DNA of 64,000 nucleotides from Elusimicrobiota bacterium (GCA_043811535.1 JBDRNC010000039.1:32001-96000); one strand, 5' to 3'. Counted from the stretch's first letter, positions 20,707-31,240 are shown. Made by a program: numbers and translations. Notes: a model not told the origin generated them from the letters alone.

Positions 20707-21483
20707 TTACAGTTTCCAGCCGTGTTTATTGAAAAATCGCACCATGCTCTGAAGATGCCATAGCGTTTTATTGGAGAATCCCTTGGCGCTTTCCCTCTGA
20801 TGATGGTGGGTGACGGTTGAAAAAGGAAAATAATACGTTTTATATCCCAGCTGCTTTATCCGGTAACAAAAATCAACATCTTCAAAGTAGAGTCTGTATT
20901 TTTCGTCAAAATAGCCGGCTTTTTCCATTACCTCGCGGGTTGTCAGCAGGCAGGCGGCAAGCACCCAATCAACCTCTTTGACTGAATTATGGTCCCAGTC
21001 GAGCATCAGGTGGTCTCTTTCAAGTTTGGGATTCAGATGGGTCAGGATCCTTCTGAAGAGGATGGTCCTGACCGTGTAGAAACTCCTGCATGACAGCTGA
21101 AGCGACCCGTCCGGATACAGAAGCTTCGGGCCGACAGCCCCGGCGTCTCCTGTATTCTTCAGGAACTCCACAAGTTTTTCCAGGGAATCTGCCGCTATTT
21201 CAGTGTCAGGATTCAAAATCAGCAGGTATTTGCCCCGAGAGTTCTTTATCCCGATGTTATTCGCGCACGCGAAACCCATGTTTTTTCCGTTCTCGATTAA
21301 CTTGAATTGCGGGAAAGAACTCTTGACGAACTCCGCGCTTCCGTCCGAAGAGCCGTTATCAACCACTACGACTTCTTTTGAAAGATTATCGTGCGAATTT
21401 ATGATTGAATCGAAGCATCTTTTCAGGTGCCCGAGAGAGTTGTAGCAAACTATAATTATGGAAAGCTCTGGTTTTGTTTTCAT
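20707..21483 (-). CDS. Glycosyltransferase family 2 (rhamnosyltransferase WbbL-like)
   Basis: IIVCYNS, VDNGSSDGS, NMGFACANNIG, LNPD, FDEKYRLYFEDVDFC. Confidence 0.9.
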   Translation of the reverse strand: MKTKPELSIIIVCYNSLGHLKRCFDSIINSHDNLSKEVVVVDNGSSDGSAEFVKSSFPQFKLIENGKNMGFACANNIGIKNSRGKYLLILNPDTEIAADSLEKLVEFLKNTGDAGAVGPKLLYPDGSLQLSCRSFYTVRTILFRRILTHLNPKLERDHLMLDWDHNSVKEVDWVLAACLLTTREVMEKAGYFDEKYRLYFEDVDFCYRIKQLGYKTYYFPFSTVTHHHQRESAKGFSNKTLWHLQSMVRFFNKHGWKL

Positions 21484-21491
21484 TAGTAAAT

Positions 21492-22628
21492 TTAACTGCG
21501 GAGAACCTCTTTATAACATTCTAACGTGCGCGCGGCGGAATTTTTCCAGAAAAAACCCATGTCCCTGATATGCCGCGGCATGTCTTTATCATTTCTGAGC
21601 GCTTTATGCGCCGAGATTACTGCGTCACGAATTGATTCCGGATTCTCAGGGTCGCAGTACCAGGCGCGATCCTTATAGTATTCTCTAGTATAACCTTTTT
21701 CGGTCATGACAACATTACAGCCGTTGATTCCGGCCTCCAGCCCTGCCAGGCCCGTGGTTTCAAACCAGCTGGCCAGAACGCATACCTTGGCGTGCTTATA
21801 TAAGGTCATAACTTCTTCTTGATTGACTTCCGGAATATAATAAAGGTTGCTTGAGTTTTGTATTTTCCTGAAAAACGCGCCCGCATAGGAGCTATGCATC
21901 GTGTTCGTCCTTCCCGCGAAAACAACGGGGATACCCGTATTCGAGAGTATATCCGCAAGCGTCAAAACATTTTTTCTCGGTTCTATTCTCCCGGCGCAGA
22001 TGACAAAATCTTTAATGTCGATTCTTTTTATCCAATCCTGTATCCTGGAAGACCCGCCGGCAATAGTTTCATCGATCCCGTTATGGACCACTTTACATCT
22101 CGCGCGCAACGGCCCGGTGACTTCAGCGATAATCGCTTTTGTCTCCATATCCGAATTGGGTATTATGTAATCCGTGCCGTCAAGTATTTCCTTCTGCTGC
22201 GCCGTGTAGCCCTTTGAAGCCTGCAGGAACCACGAAAACCACGTATTCGGATGTTTATAGACATAGTTCAATGTTTTCAACAGCTGGATACTGTCAGTTG
22301 AACGGAGGATATTTACCAGAAAAGAGTGGATTCCAGTGAGATTCTTGGCCTCGTAATTCTTTATATCGGCCATGCTGTGGTAGATAGGAGATATGACAAC
22401 TTTCTTATTTTGCTTCTTCGCATTAAGGAATTGCGCGTAGGTTTCATGCACCCGGGTGATATTGTATAGATGAATTATATCATATCCCGAGACATCCGGC
22501 CGTAAATCCGTAGAAACATCAACCTTGATTTTATATTCTTCAAGGTATTTTTTTGTATAAAGCATCTGGTATGAATCGCCGCCTTTATTGACAAGCGCGT
22601 CATACCTGTTCTGCATTAAAACTTTCAT
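21492..22628 (-). CDS. Glycosyltransferase family 4
   Basis: GGDSYQ, GRIEPRKN, SWFETTGLAGLEA. Confidence 0.85.
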   Translation of the reverse strand: MKVLMQNRYDALVNKGGDSYQMLYTKKYLEEYKIKVDVSTDLRPDVSGYDIIHLYNITRVHETYAQFLNAKKQNKKVVISPIYHSMADIKNYEAKNLTGIHSFLVNILRSTDSIQLLKTLNYVYKHPNTWFSWFLQASKGYTAQQKEILDGTDYIIPNSDMETKAIIAEVTGPLRARCKVVHNGIDETIAGGSSRIQDWIKRIDIKDFVICAGRIEPRKNVLTLADILSNTGIPVVFAGRTNTMHSSYAGAFFRKIQNSSNLYYIPEVNQEEVMTLYKHAKVCVLASWFETTGLAGLEAGINGCNVVMTEKGYTREYYKDRAWYCDPENPESIRDAVISAHKALRNDKDMPRHIRDMGFFWKNSAARTLECYKEVLRS

Positions 22629-22660
22629 TTGATTTGTTTTAAAGCGAAGCGTGTAAACTC

Positions 22661-23488
22661 CTACAAGACTCGAAAAAGGACGTTCGTTGTTCCCTCCAAT
22701 TCCGAGATCTCAACGGGTTTTCCGGGTATATCTACAAGAGTCGCGGTGTAAGAGTGACTCTTCATATAATCGGAAAATTGTTTCAGGGAATAACCCAGGA
22801 GAGGATAGGCGCCCGGGGCGATCTCGCAAAGAATGCTGGGTTTTCTGGAAGCGCTTTTCAGATAATTATCGAGACCCTTCATGACCGGGAATTCGTAGCC
22901 TTCGGTGTCAATTTTAATAAGAGAGATTTCATTCAGGGAATTGGCGGCCGCGTATTCGTCAAGCCTGCAGATAGGGACGTCGACAAACTCTCCGACGGTT
23001 TCTTTCGGCATGAAGTTCGGGACAATTGTATTCCATCCGATATTGGGCAGGTTCGTAACCGCTATTTTCGTTGAGCCTTTCGCTTCTCCGGCCGCGCACT
23101 GGTTCACCGTCATCCTGTAATCCTTATTCATTTCGGAAAGTTTCTTCAGTTTGTTGAAATACCTGGGCACGGGCTCGAAACTATGAACCTGGCCGGTTTT
23201 ACCTACCATACCAAGCGCAATAGACGATATATAACCGATATTTGCGCCTATATCGATAAAAATATCATCCTTTTTCAGGAATTTGTTTATTGTTTTGACC
23301 GTACGGGGCTCATAAAGGCCAAAATACATTAACTTTATGGCCTGGTCGAAATTAAAATCATATTCAAATAATATTCCGTTGTTGGTCTTGACAACCGGCG
23401 ATTTCGGTACGGGGAACAAAGCCATTCTGACTTTTTTGAAGAAAACTATCGGGTCTGAGAACAATATGCTTATTGCTTTTACAATCAT
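22661..23488 (-). CDS. FkbM-family methyltransferase
   Basis: FIDIGANIG, SFEP, IKIDTEGYE. Confidence 0.9.
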   Translation of the reverse strand: MIVKAISILFSDPIVFFKKVRMALFPVPKSPVVKTNNGILFEYDFNFDQAIKLMYFGLYEPRTVKTINKFLKKDDIFIDIGANIGYISSIALGMVGKTGQVHSFEPVPRYFNKLKKLSEMNKDYRMTVNQCAAGEAKGSTKIAVTNLPNIGWNTIVPNFMPKETVGEFVDVPICRLDEYAAANSLNEISLIKIDTEGYEFPVMKGLDNYLKSASRKPSILCEIAPGAYPLLGYSLKQFSDYMKSHSYTATLVDIPGKPVEISELEGTTNVLFRVL

Positions 23489-23565
23489 AACGGATTTTTC
23501 CTCTAATAATGCTTTATGTTGCTAATCTTTCTGTAAATTGAATAATCCGAAAAATGAACGTATCT

Positions 23566-24468
23566 TCATCTGGTTTTTCTTATCCAGAAACTGCCCGGCC
23601 AATCAACAGGCGTGTACGAGTTAAATGAGTTCTCAAGCAGCTTGGAATGCCTGTATTTCATGTAACTACCGCCCCATAACACTTCAAAGGAATCATTGAA
23701 CGCCAAAAACGCCTGAAGCAGGTATTGTTCGTTCCAGAACAGATTGTCTTTGAAAATCCATCTCTGATGATATTCGTAAGGCATAAAAATATCGTGTATA
23801 TGAATGATGACGCCCTTATTCAGTCTCGGCAGTATTTCCAGGTATTCATACTGGACGTCGCTGCCTATTTTCAGAACGTGGCTCGAATCTATGAATAAGA
23901 TATCGTTTTCCCTGAGTTCTATAAAAACGGGAAGCTCTACTTCCTGAATGCATTTTTGTTCAAGTCTTGCGAACCCCGGGAAGCCCTTCTTTATTATTTT
24001 ATTCGGGTAGGGTTCGAAAGCGGTCAATTCCGCGTCCATTGAATTTTCGGATTCATTTTTCAGAACTGCCTGCGCGGACAGCATGGTAGAGAATCCGGAA
24101 CCGATCTCAAATATTTTCTTTGGCTTGAAATGCCTTATCATGCAGTAAAGGATCTCGCCGTCAACGGTCGCAAACGAGTCGTTGTCGACGAAATATTCTG
24201 AAGGATTTGATGTGCGTTTTCTCGGAAAAGCGTTATATTCTTTTGAGTATTTGCCTGAAAATTCCTTCATGAGCCCAATCTGATCGTTTTCTCTTATATC
24301 AATGCCTATCATCTCTGAAGGTTTATTCCAGATGCCTTTATCCAGAGTCCTGGTGTCGGGGATCGGTTCATAATAATGCACGGGTGTCACGTGAAATCCG
24401 AGAGATTGCCAGAAATAAAAAGTCTTTTTTATGAATTTATGTAAAATACTCTTGAATGAAAGATTCAC
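23566..24468 (-). CDS. Class I SAM-dependent methyltransferase (Methyltransf_24-like)
   Basis: HYYEPIPD, EIGSGFST, LFIDSSH, IHIHDIF, WNEQY. Start set at GTG 24468 (GTGA overlap). Confidence 0.82.
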   Translation of the reverse strand: MNLSFKSILHKFIKKTFYFWQSLGFHVTPVHYYEPIPDTRTLDKGIWNKPSEMIGIDIRENDQIGLMKEFSGKYSKEYNAFPRKRTSNPSEYFVDNDSFATVDGEILYCMIRHFKPKKIFEIGSGFSTMLSAQAVLKNESENSMDAELTAFEPYPNKIIKKGFPGFARLEQKCIQEVELPVFIELRENDILFIDSSHVLKIGSDVQYEYLEILPRLNKGVIIHIHDIFMPYEYHQRWIFKDNLFWNEQYLLQAFLAFNDSFEVLWGGSYMKYRHSKLLENSFNSYTPVDWPGSFWIRKTR

Positions 24469-25760
24469 GTTTTCTCCTTTAACATTTGCCCGTATTTTAA
24501 AGGGAAAACGCAGCACAGCGCTGCTACGAACCATATATATGAAAGGTTATAGGCCGTTGTGTTAAACCATGTGAATAAAATAGAGATGAAAGCCAGTTTT
24601 AATCCGAGCAAGATCTTGCCCAATTCAGTTCTACCGTCGCTTTTAGACATCAATGATTCGTTTACAGTCAACACTTTCCATATTTTTAGTAAAAACGCGC
24701 AAAAGACAACAAATCCTATCAATCCGGTCTCCAGAAGCAGTTGAAGATAAAAATTGTAGGTGGTGAAATCCATTAAAAAGAATCCAGTGTTTCCCCATCC
24801 TATTCCCATAAAAGGATGTTTCAAGAAAGTAAGAAAAGAATTTCTCTGTATGTCAAATCTTACCATAGCGGAATGATCACTAAAACTTGACAAATATTCG
24901 ATCATATTGGGCAGAATGAAATTGGTCAGAAATATGAATAAAATACTAAAGACCATCACGGCATTCAAGGCCTTGTATAATTTATTATCATAAATTATTT
25001 CGATATAAGTAAATATCATAAAAATAATAATTAAACCTGCCCATCCTGACCTGGAGAATGACAGGAACATTGCTATGATAAAAACGGTGAACATAGAAAA
25101 TATTTTTACGCTTTTACTTGAAAAAACAAAGGGAAGAAGAAAACTTATCGGCACCAGCAGGTAAGCTCCCCAAAAAGAAGACTCGGGCATGAACGCCCTT
25201 GCTCGCATCATGCCGCTTCCCATCCAGCCGGATGTTTCATTCTTTAGCGCTACAGAGTAGCTTTTCGTGTTTCGCAATATATCTCCAAAAGGCAGATCAT
25301 AAGTAAGCGCCGCGAACTGGTATATAGAATAAAGAGAAACAAAAAAAGACAAGTAAATAAAAAACCAGAAATATCTGCGTAATTGTTCAAGATTTTGCCT
25401 TTTGAAAACTAATAAAAGCAATGAAAAATGGATAATGATGAAAAACAACATAGCGAGCTGTTTTATGTCCTTCATTGCAGCCGTGTCTCCCAACACATTT
25501 AAGGAAGTGCTGATTGTGTTCACGGTGAGATATGAGGAAAATGCAGCAATGACGAAAAATAACATAAGGTTTTTTGTTAAATTGTCATTCGGAATTGGAA
25601 CGCTCTTTTTAGCAGCAATATAAAATATGGCTATTCCCAAAAAGGCGACAAAAGATAAGGTAATAGTTTCACTTCCGACATTTATCCCAAAGGCGATAAA
25701 AGGAAGCGTTACGATAAATAATAGGATAAATGAATGGAGTGAAAATTTAATTTTTGGCAT
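24465..25760 (-). CDS. O-antigen polymerase/ligase family membrane protein (Wzy-like)
   Basis: Multi-TM, Phe/Ile-rich; RARAFMPES, SFSRSG, HPFMGIGWGN, YLQLLLETGLIG. Confidence 0.8.
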   Translation of the reverse strand: MPKIKFSLHSFILLFIVTLPFIAFGINVGSETITLSFVAFLGIAIFYIAAKKSVPIPNDNLTKNLMLFFVIAAFSSYLTVNTISTSLNVLGDTAAMKDIKQLAMLFFIIIHFSLLLLVFKRQNLEQLRRYFWFFIYLSFFVSLYSIYQFAALTYDLPFGDILRNTKSYSVALKNETSGWMGSGMMRARAFMPESSFWGAYLLVPISFLLPFVFSSKSVKIFSMFTVFIIAMFLSFSRSGWAGLIIIFMIFTYIEIIYDNKLYKALNAVMVFSILFIFLTNFILPNMIEYLSSFSDHSAMVRFDIQRNSFLTFLKHPFMGIGWGNTGFFLMDFTTYNFYLQLLLETGLIGFVVFCAFLLKIWKVLTVNESLMSKSDGRTELGKILLGLKLAFISILFTWFNTTAYNLSYIWFVAALCCVFPLKYGQMLKEKT

Positions 25761-26880
25761 AGAGAGTGTGGTATAAACTTAGTGTTTCTTTTGCGGTATT
25801 CCGCCATGAAAACTTGGTTATTCTGACGAATCCTCTTTTAATCATATCTTCGCGTAATTTTGAATCAGTAAGCATTCTATACAGCGCATCCGATAACTCA
25901 TCTAAATCTGCCGGTTCGACCAATAGAGCGGCGTCGCCGCAGATTTCGGGCAAAGAAGAAGTATTTGACGCTACGACAGGGCACCCGCAGGCCATGGCCT
26001 CCAGAGCGGGAAATCCGAATCCTTCGTACACCGACGGATAGGCAAAAATCTTGGCGCTGTTATACAGGCACAACAACTCGCTGTCAGAGACATATCCGGT
26101 GAATACGACGTCTTTTTGAAGGGAAAGATCGGATACCGCCTTGAAAATATCTTCATAAAGCCAGCCCTTGGCTCCGGTTATGACAAGCTGGTAGTCAACG
26201 CTTTTTTTCTCCCTCATCAGTTTAAAAGATTTAAGCAGATTCAGGAGATTCTTCCTTGGCGATATCAGCGACACATTCAGAATGAAATCCCGGGTAATTC
26301 CGTATTTTTCAAGAACCGGCTTAATTGCTTTTTTATCTTCGATTCTGTGAAAATATTCGTTAACGCCGGAATGGATCATTTTCACCTTTTCCGGACTGAC
26401 CTTAAAACGGTTAATTATATCATTTTTTGTGCTCTCAGATACCGCGATCACATAATCAGAGGATTCAATGCTTCTTTTCATCATTGCCTTGAAGTACAGG
26501 ACGTTCTTAAAAGTAAAACATTCCGGGTGGATAATAAACGCAAGGTCGTGAATGGTTATTACCGTAGGGCATTTTTTGAACATCGGGGCGATAAACGAGG
26601 GCTCGTGGAAAACATCTATTTTGTTCCTGGTTATCGCCGAGGGAAGATAGAAATGCTCCCAAAATAAGCGTTTTAACTGGGAATTGGTTTTGAATTTCGG
26701 AACGTCAACCGCGAAATTATCGCTTGGGAATCCGCCGGGCACGGGCTTGTCGCTCCCGAAGAAGAGAACGTATTCATTCTTGGAATCGATTCTCTTCAGA
26801 TTACTTATGATCTGCGACAGGTAATTCTCTATGCCTGTGGCCTGTTTCTGGATATAACGCGCGTTAATTCCGATTCTCAT
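25747..26880 (-). CDS. Glycosyltransferase family 4 (MtfB/WbpY-like)
   Basis: IGINAR, TIHDL, PRKN, YPSVYEGFGFPALEAMACG. Confidence 0.9.
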   Translation of the reverse strand: MRIGINARYIQKQATGIENYLSQIISNLKRIDSKNEYVLFFGSDKPVPGGFPSDNFAVDVPKFKTNSQLKRLFWEHFYLPSAITRNKIDVFHEPSFIAPMFKKCPTVITIHDLAFIIHPECFTFKNVLYFKAMMKRSIESSDYVIAVSESTKNDIINRFKVSPEKVKMIHSGVNEYFHRIEDKKAIKPVLEKYGITRDFILNVSLISPRKNLLNLLKSFKLMREKKSVDYQLVITGAKGWLYEDIFKAVSDLSLQKDVVFTGYVSDSELLCLYNSAKIFAYPSVYEGFGFPALEAMACGCPVVASNTSSLPEICGDAALLVEPADLDELSDALYRMLTDSKLREDMIKRGFVRITKFSWRNTAKETLSLYHTLYAKN

Positions 26881-27775
26881 TGCATTCTCTTCTGTATTTT
26901 ATATAATCATAGATCCCGAACAAAGAACCTTTAAGTACCTTTCCGTAGTGGGCCACCTCATTTTTTTGTTTTAATGACTCCGGGAATAGCAAATATTGGC
27001 AGGTCCTGACAAAGCTTCTGATTATTATATCCGACAGAAGGTATAGATAAATGAAACTGCGCGGCAAATCGCTGAATGCTTGTTTAATCAGCATCGAAGC
27101 TATCGAGCTCGCGTAATTGAATGCCTTGTTCGCGCCAAGCTGGAACGGATGAAAAAAAACAAGATCCGCCGAATAGAATATCTTTTCCCCCATTTGTTTT
27201 ATCCTGAAGAATAAATCGCTTTCCCCGGCCCCCCCAAACCTGCAGTTGATCCCGAAAACCTCATTAAAAGAACCTGCTTTTCTTAAGATACTGTTTTTGA
27301 TGATTATAGAACTCAGCTTAAAGTGCCTGTAATCAAAATAATTCAGATATTTTGAGCCGCTGTTTTCAAAAAAATCCGAAAAATACTTTTTTGAAACAGG
27401 ATCGTAAATCCGTCCGCAGTAAACATTGCTTTTGTTCAGCATGATTGTGTTTTTGAGAACGGAAATGAATTCTTTGCCGATTTGGGCGTCGTCATCTATG
27501 AAAACCAGGAAATCGCCTTTACATCTATTAACGGCATAATTTCTGGCTACGGAAGAGCCCTTTGAATTAACGTTGAAAATGGTTAAATATTCTTTGCTAG
27601 CGAAACTATCCCTGTTTAAAGGCTCCCCCTGGTTTACTATAAGTATTTCAATGTTGAAATCGTCATTTGCGGAAACGCCGGCTCTAAAATTGTCGTATGA
27701 TTCAATTATTGAGTTGACGCATTTGGATAAATCTTCAATTCTGTTTAGTGTAGGGATAATAAATGATATCAGCAT
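26864..27775 (-). CDS. Glycosyltransferase family 2
   Basis: IIPTLNR, ARN, FIDDD, GESDL. Confidence 0.85.
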   Translation of the reverse strand: MLISFIIPTLNRIEDLSKCVNSIIESYDNFRAGVSANDDFNIEILIVNQGEPLNRDSFASKEYLTIFNVNSKGSSVARNYAVNRCKGDFLVFIDDDAQIGKEFISVLKNTIMLNKSNVYCGRIYDPVSKKYFSDFFENSGSKYLNYFDYRHFKLSSIIIKNSILRKAGSFNEVFGINCRFGGAGESDLFFRIKQMGEKIFYSADLVFFHPFQLGANKAFNYASSIASMLIKQAFSDLPRSFIYLYLLSDIIIRSFVRTCQYLLFPESLKQKNEVAHYGKVLKGSLFGIYDYIKYRRECNENRN

Positions 27776-27788
27776 AGATATATTTGTT

Positions 27789-28769
27789 TTATTCTGCCGG
27801 CTTTTTCTGTTCTTGCATGTATTTGAGTATCACTTGTTTTGCTTCTTTATTTCCTTTTATCGCGCTTAGAAGCTTCCAGACAGCCAGCCAGATGCCATGC
27901 GGTAAAAATGACGAGATATAAAGCAAGGTTAATCTCATGTTTATAGAACGCAAAAGCTGCGTTTTTCTTCTTACCTCAGAGACATCACCCCTTAGCAGCA
28001 TCGCCCATATGTCCGAGTACTCAAGAGCGCCGTTCAGGATTCTTAATTCCCCGGAATAATCACTGTTAAAATTCGGATAAATGCCGGCTAATTTATTGAT
28101 GACATACCCGATCTCTTTTTGATTTTTTTCAAAAGCTTTTAACGTATTCATTCCTGAATGCATTCTATATACCGCAAGCAGTTTGTCAATATAAGCGGTG
28201 TCCGTGTCATGGATTATTCTGAGAAACAGGTCATAATCACTCGCGTATGTTAAATTGGGGTCAAAAAGCTCGACGCAGGAATCCAGGACGCGTTTTCTTA
28301 CCATTACGCTGAGAATTCCTATGGCATAGCTTTTAAGCATTCTGCGGAATATGCGTCCCGTGGGTTGTGTCCCGGTCAAAGCCGCTTTTTTATTCCCCTT
28401 GAAGACATCAAAAACGTAGAAATTAGTATGAATAAATCCTGTTCCGGGATGCGCGTCCATCAATGACACCTGACTTGACAATTTTCCCTGAAGCCAATAA
28501 TCATCAGTATCAAGAAAAGTGATGAATTCTCCCTTGGAAACGGAGATCGCGCGGTTGCGGGCCTCGCCGAGCGAGGTGGTTTTGTCGCTTTTGAAGTATT
28601 TGACCTTGGGACCGTAGGATCTGGCGATCTCAGCGCTTTTATCAGTTGAAGCGTTGTCCCAGAAAATAATCTCCCAGTCTGCGTAGTCCTGGGCGAAAGT
28701 ACTGTCCATCGCCTCTTTGAGGAATTTCTCCCCGTTAAGACAGTTCATGATCACGCTTACTCTAGGCAT
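27789..28769 (-). CDS. Glycosyltransferase family 2
   Basis: SVIMNCLNG, WDNASTD, LGEARN, FLDTDD, DYDLFLR. Confidence 0.9.
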   Translation of the reverse strand: MPRVSVIMNCLNGEKFLKEAMDSTFAQDYADWEIIFWDNASTDKSAEIARSYGPKVKYFKSDKTTSLGEARNRAISVSKGEFITFLDTDDYWLQGKLSSQVSLMDAHPGTGFIHTNFYVFDVFKGNKKAALTGTQPTGRIFRRMLKSYAIGILSVMVRKRVLDSCVELFDPNLTYASDYDLFLRIIHDTDTAYIDKLLAVYRMHSGMNTLKAFEKNQKEIGYVINKLAGIYPNFNSDYSGELRILNGALEYSDIWAMLLRGDVSEVRRKTQLLRSINMRLTLLYISSFLPHGIWLAVWKLLSAIKGNKEAKQVILKYMQEQKKPAE

Positions 28770-28868
28770 TTATCCGCCTTCGCAGGAAATTGAGCACGTA
28801 AGTCTGCAACTGCATTACAAAAAGTAGTTCCCCTGTATAGTTCTGTGATAGTGGAAATTTGGGGTAAG

Positions 28869-28889
28869 CTTCGGCGGATTTCGCCAAAG
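28869..28889. repeat. Dispersed 21-nt imperfect palindrome (REP-like), copy B
   Basis: CTTCGGCGGATTTCGCCAAAG; similar to 17890-17910 and to the start of the 8738 cluster. Confidence 0.5.
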
Positions 28890-28917
28890 AATACAAAAAT
28901 ATCACGACTGAGGAGCT

Positions 28918-29955
28918 TCATTTTGTCCATTTAAGTTCAAGGTCGAGTTTTTTCTGTTCAATCAGTTGTTTTATCCATTTTACTCTGAAATATTTAACGC
29001 CATTCATGTCGTCGTTCGTCATTTTATATTTTTTAAAAGCCTCATAGAGTTCAACGATGCCTTTATCAACGTCAAAGCAGGGTTTGAATTCCGGCAAAAC
29101 TTTCTTTATCTTGGAGAAATCCACGCGATAGGAACGCTCATCGCTGCCCGTCTTGTTCAGTATTTCAACTTTGCTGCCGGGCACGACTTTTTGCACTTTG
29201 TCGGCTATTTCCTTAACCTTGTAATTCTCAAAATCGCGGCCGACGTTTATTATCTGGTTGTGCACGTTTTCGTGTTTTGCTATGACGGCCGAGGCGGAGG
29301 CCCTGCAGAAGTCGGATATGTGTATTATGGGCCTCCACGGCATCCCGTCGCTCATTATCGCCACCTTGCCCGTGAAATAGGCCCACGCGGTCAGGTTATT
29401 GACCACAAGGTCCAGCCGGAGACGCGGCGAAAGGCCGTAAACAGTGGCATTACGCATAAAAACCGGATGGAAATCCTTATCCGCGAGCTTTGAGACCCTC
29501 TGTTCAACGTCGTATTTGGCCTTTGCGTAAGCGGTCAGGGGATTTACGGGGCTCTCTTCGGTTATCGGTTTGTCATCTGAAGCGATGCCGTAAACGCTGC
29601 ACGATGAGGCAAATATGAATCTCTCAACCCCGGCTTTCTTGGCAATCTCCGCCAGCTTGACGCTTGCTTTCGTGTTGATGTTATCGGTGAGCGAGGGATT
29701 CAGCTCTCCGAGCGGGTCATTGCTTAACGCCGAAAGATGTATAACCGCTTCTATGCCTTCCAGGTCATTTTCATTCAGGTCCCTGATGTCTTTAATGATC
29801 TGCCTGTCGGGGTCGGTTTCGGGATTGAACAGCTCGCATCCTTTATAATACCCCGTGTCAAGCCCGGTTACGGTATGCGATTGTTCTTTCAGTATCCGTG
29901 TCATTACCGGACCTATGTATCCGTTGTTGCCCGTAAGCAGTATTTTTTTTCCCAT
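28918..29955 (-). CDS. NAD-dependent nucleotide-sugar epimerase/dehydratase (extended SDR)
   Basis: TGNNGYIG, LSNDPLG, SSCSVYG, YAKAK, RNATVYGLSPRLRLDLVVN. Confidence 0.87.
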   Translation of the reverse strand: MGKKILLTGNNGYIGPVMTRILKEQSHTVTGLDTGYYKGCELFNPETDPDRQIIKDIRDLNENDLEGIEAVIHLSALSNDPLGELNPSLTDNINTKASVKLAEIAKKAGVERFIFASSCSVYGIASDDKPITEESPVNPLTAYAKAKYDVEQRVSKLADKDFHPVFMRNATVYGLSPRLRLDLVVNNLTAWAYFTGKVAIMSDGMPWRPIIHISDFCRASASAVIAKHENVHNQIINVGRDFENYKVKEIADKVQKVVPGSKVEILNKTGSDERSYRVDFSKIKKVLPEFKPCFDVDKGIVELYEAFKKYKMTNDDMNGVKYFRVKWIKQLIEQKKLDLELKWTK

Positions 29956-29982
29956 TATCGCTCCATTAGCAGTAATATTCGT

Positions 29983-30450
29983 TTATCTGTGTTTTATTTC
30001 CCAATCGTATTGTATTTTTTTTGAAAAGGGATCGAGTCTGTCCATCTCTCCCGGGTCGTGGCTCAGCGTGGGGCAGTTAGCCAGCATCGAGACCTTGTTC
30101 CCTATCGTCTTGTAGCCGTTCCAGACTTTCGGAGGCATCTGAACAAGGCAGTAGTTGTTTTCGCCGATGAATATCTCCATGAGATTGCCCTTTGTGGGCG
30201 AATCCTTCCTGTCGTCGAATATGACAAGTTTTATCATGCCCGAAACGCACACGTAATTGAGCGTCATTTTTTTGTGATAATGCCAGCCGCGGATGGCGCC
30301 CGGGTAGCTTGCGGCAAAATATATCTCGCCGAACTGCCTGAACAGAGGGTCATCCGACCTGAGCATGTGCATTATGCAGCCTCTTTCGTCAGGGATTCTC
30401 CTGAGCGGTTTGACTACAACTCCGTCAACGCTTCCAATTTTGAATTTCAT
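29983..30450 (-). CDS. RmlC-like cupin (dTDP-4-dehydrorhamnose 3,5-epimerase family)
   Basis: PDERG, RGWHYH, DDRKDSPTKG, PPKVWNG. Confidence 0.85.
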   Translation of the reverse strand: MKFKIGSVDGVVVKPLRRIPDERGCIMHMLRSDDPLFRQFGEIYFAASYPGAIRGWHYHKKMTLNYVCVSGMIKLVIFDDRKDSPTKGNLMEIFIGENNYCLVQMPPKVWNGYKTIGNKVSMLANCPTLSHDPGEMDRLDPFSKKIQYDWEIKHR

Positions 30451-30459
30451 GATTCTCTC

Positions 30460-31230
30460 CTATTTCATCCAGGATGCTTTGCCCTTAGCGATAAGTTCAT
30501 TTAGCACGTCCCTGTCCCTTACCGTGTCCATGCAGTGCCAAAAACCTTCGTGCTTATACGCCATTAACTGTCCGTCTTTTGTGAGGTTCTCAAGCGGATC
30601 TCTTTCAAGTATCGTGCTTTCATCCTTCAGATAATCGAGAACTTCAGGTTCAAAAACGAAAAAGCCGCCGTTAATCCACCCTTCATGCATTTGCGTCTTT
30701 TCGCTGAACGAACGCACTCTCGCTGAACTGCCTTCAAACTGCATGGCGCCGAATCTGGCGGCCGGTTTTACTGCGGTAATAGTGGCCAGCTTTCCGTGTG
30801 ACTTGTGAAATTCAAGCAGTTTCCTGATATTTACGTCCGCAACCCCGTCCCCGTAAGTGCACATGAACGCGGAGTTTTTAAGTTTATCGCGCAAGCGGAA
30901 CAGACGTCCGCCTGTCATCGACTTGACGCCGGTGTCGACAATATGGACCGTCCAGTCTTTGGGCGTTTTATGATCCACTTCAATCTTGCCTGTCTTGAGA
31001 TGCACGGTCAGATCGCTTTGAAAGTTATAGTAATTAAGGAAGTATTCCTTGATATATTCGTTTTTGTAGCCCGCGGCAAGAATGAATTCCTTAAAACCGT
31101 GCATGCCGTAAATATTCATGACATGCCAGAGTATGGGCTTATTCCCTATCTCCACCATGGGTTTCGGCTTTAAATTCGTTTCTTCGCTTAACCGTGTTCC
31201 CAGCCCTCCGCACAGAATGACAGTTTTCAT
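30460..31230 (-). CDS. rfbF: Glucose-1-phosphate cytidylyltransferase
   Basis: LCGGLGTRLSEET..KPKPMVEIG, DTG..SMTGGR, TYGDG, WINGGFF, GFWHCMDT.RD. Confidence 0.93.
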   Translation of the reverse strand: MKTVILCGGLGTRLSEETNLKPKPMVEIGNKPILWHVMNIYGMHGFKEFILAAGYKNEYIKEYFLNYYNFQSDLTVHLKTGKIEVDHKTPKDWTVHIVDTGVKSMTGGRLFRLRDKLKNSAFMCTYGDGVADVNIRKLLEFHKSHGKLATITAVKPAARFGAMQFEGSSARVRSFSEKTQMHEGWINGGFFVFEPEVLDYLKDESTILERDPLENLTKDGQLMAYKHEGFWHCMDTVRDRDVLNELIAKGKASWMK

Positions 31231-31240
31231 GGTTCCTCCG

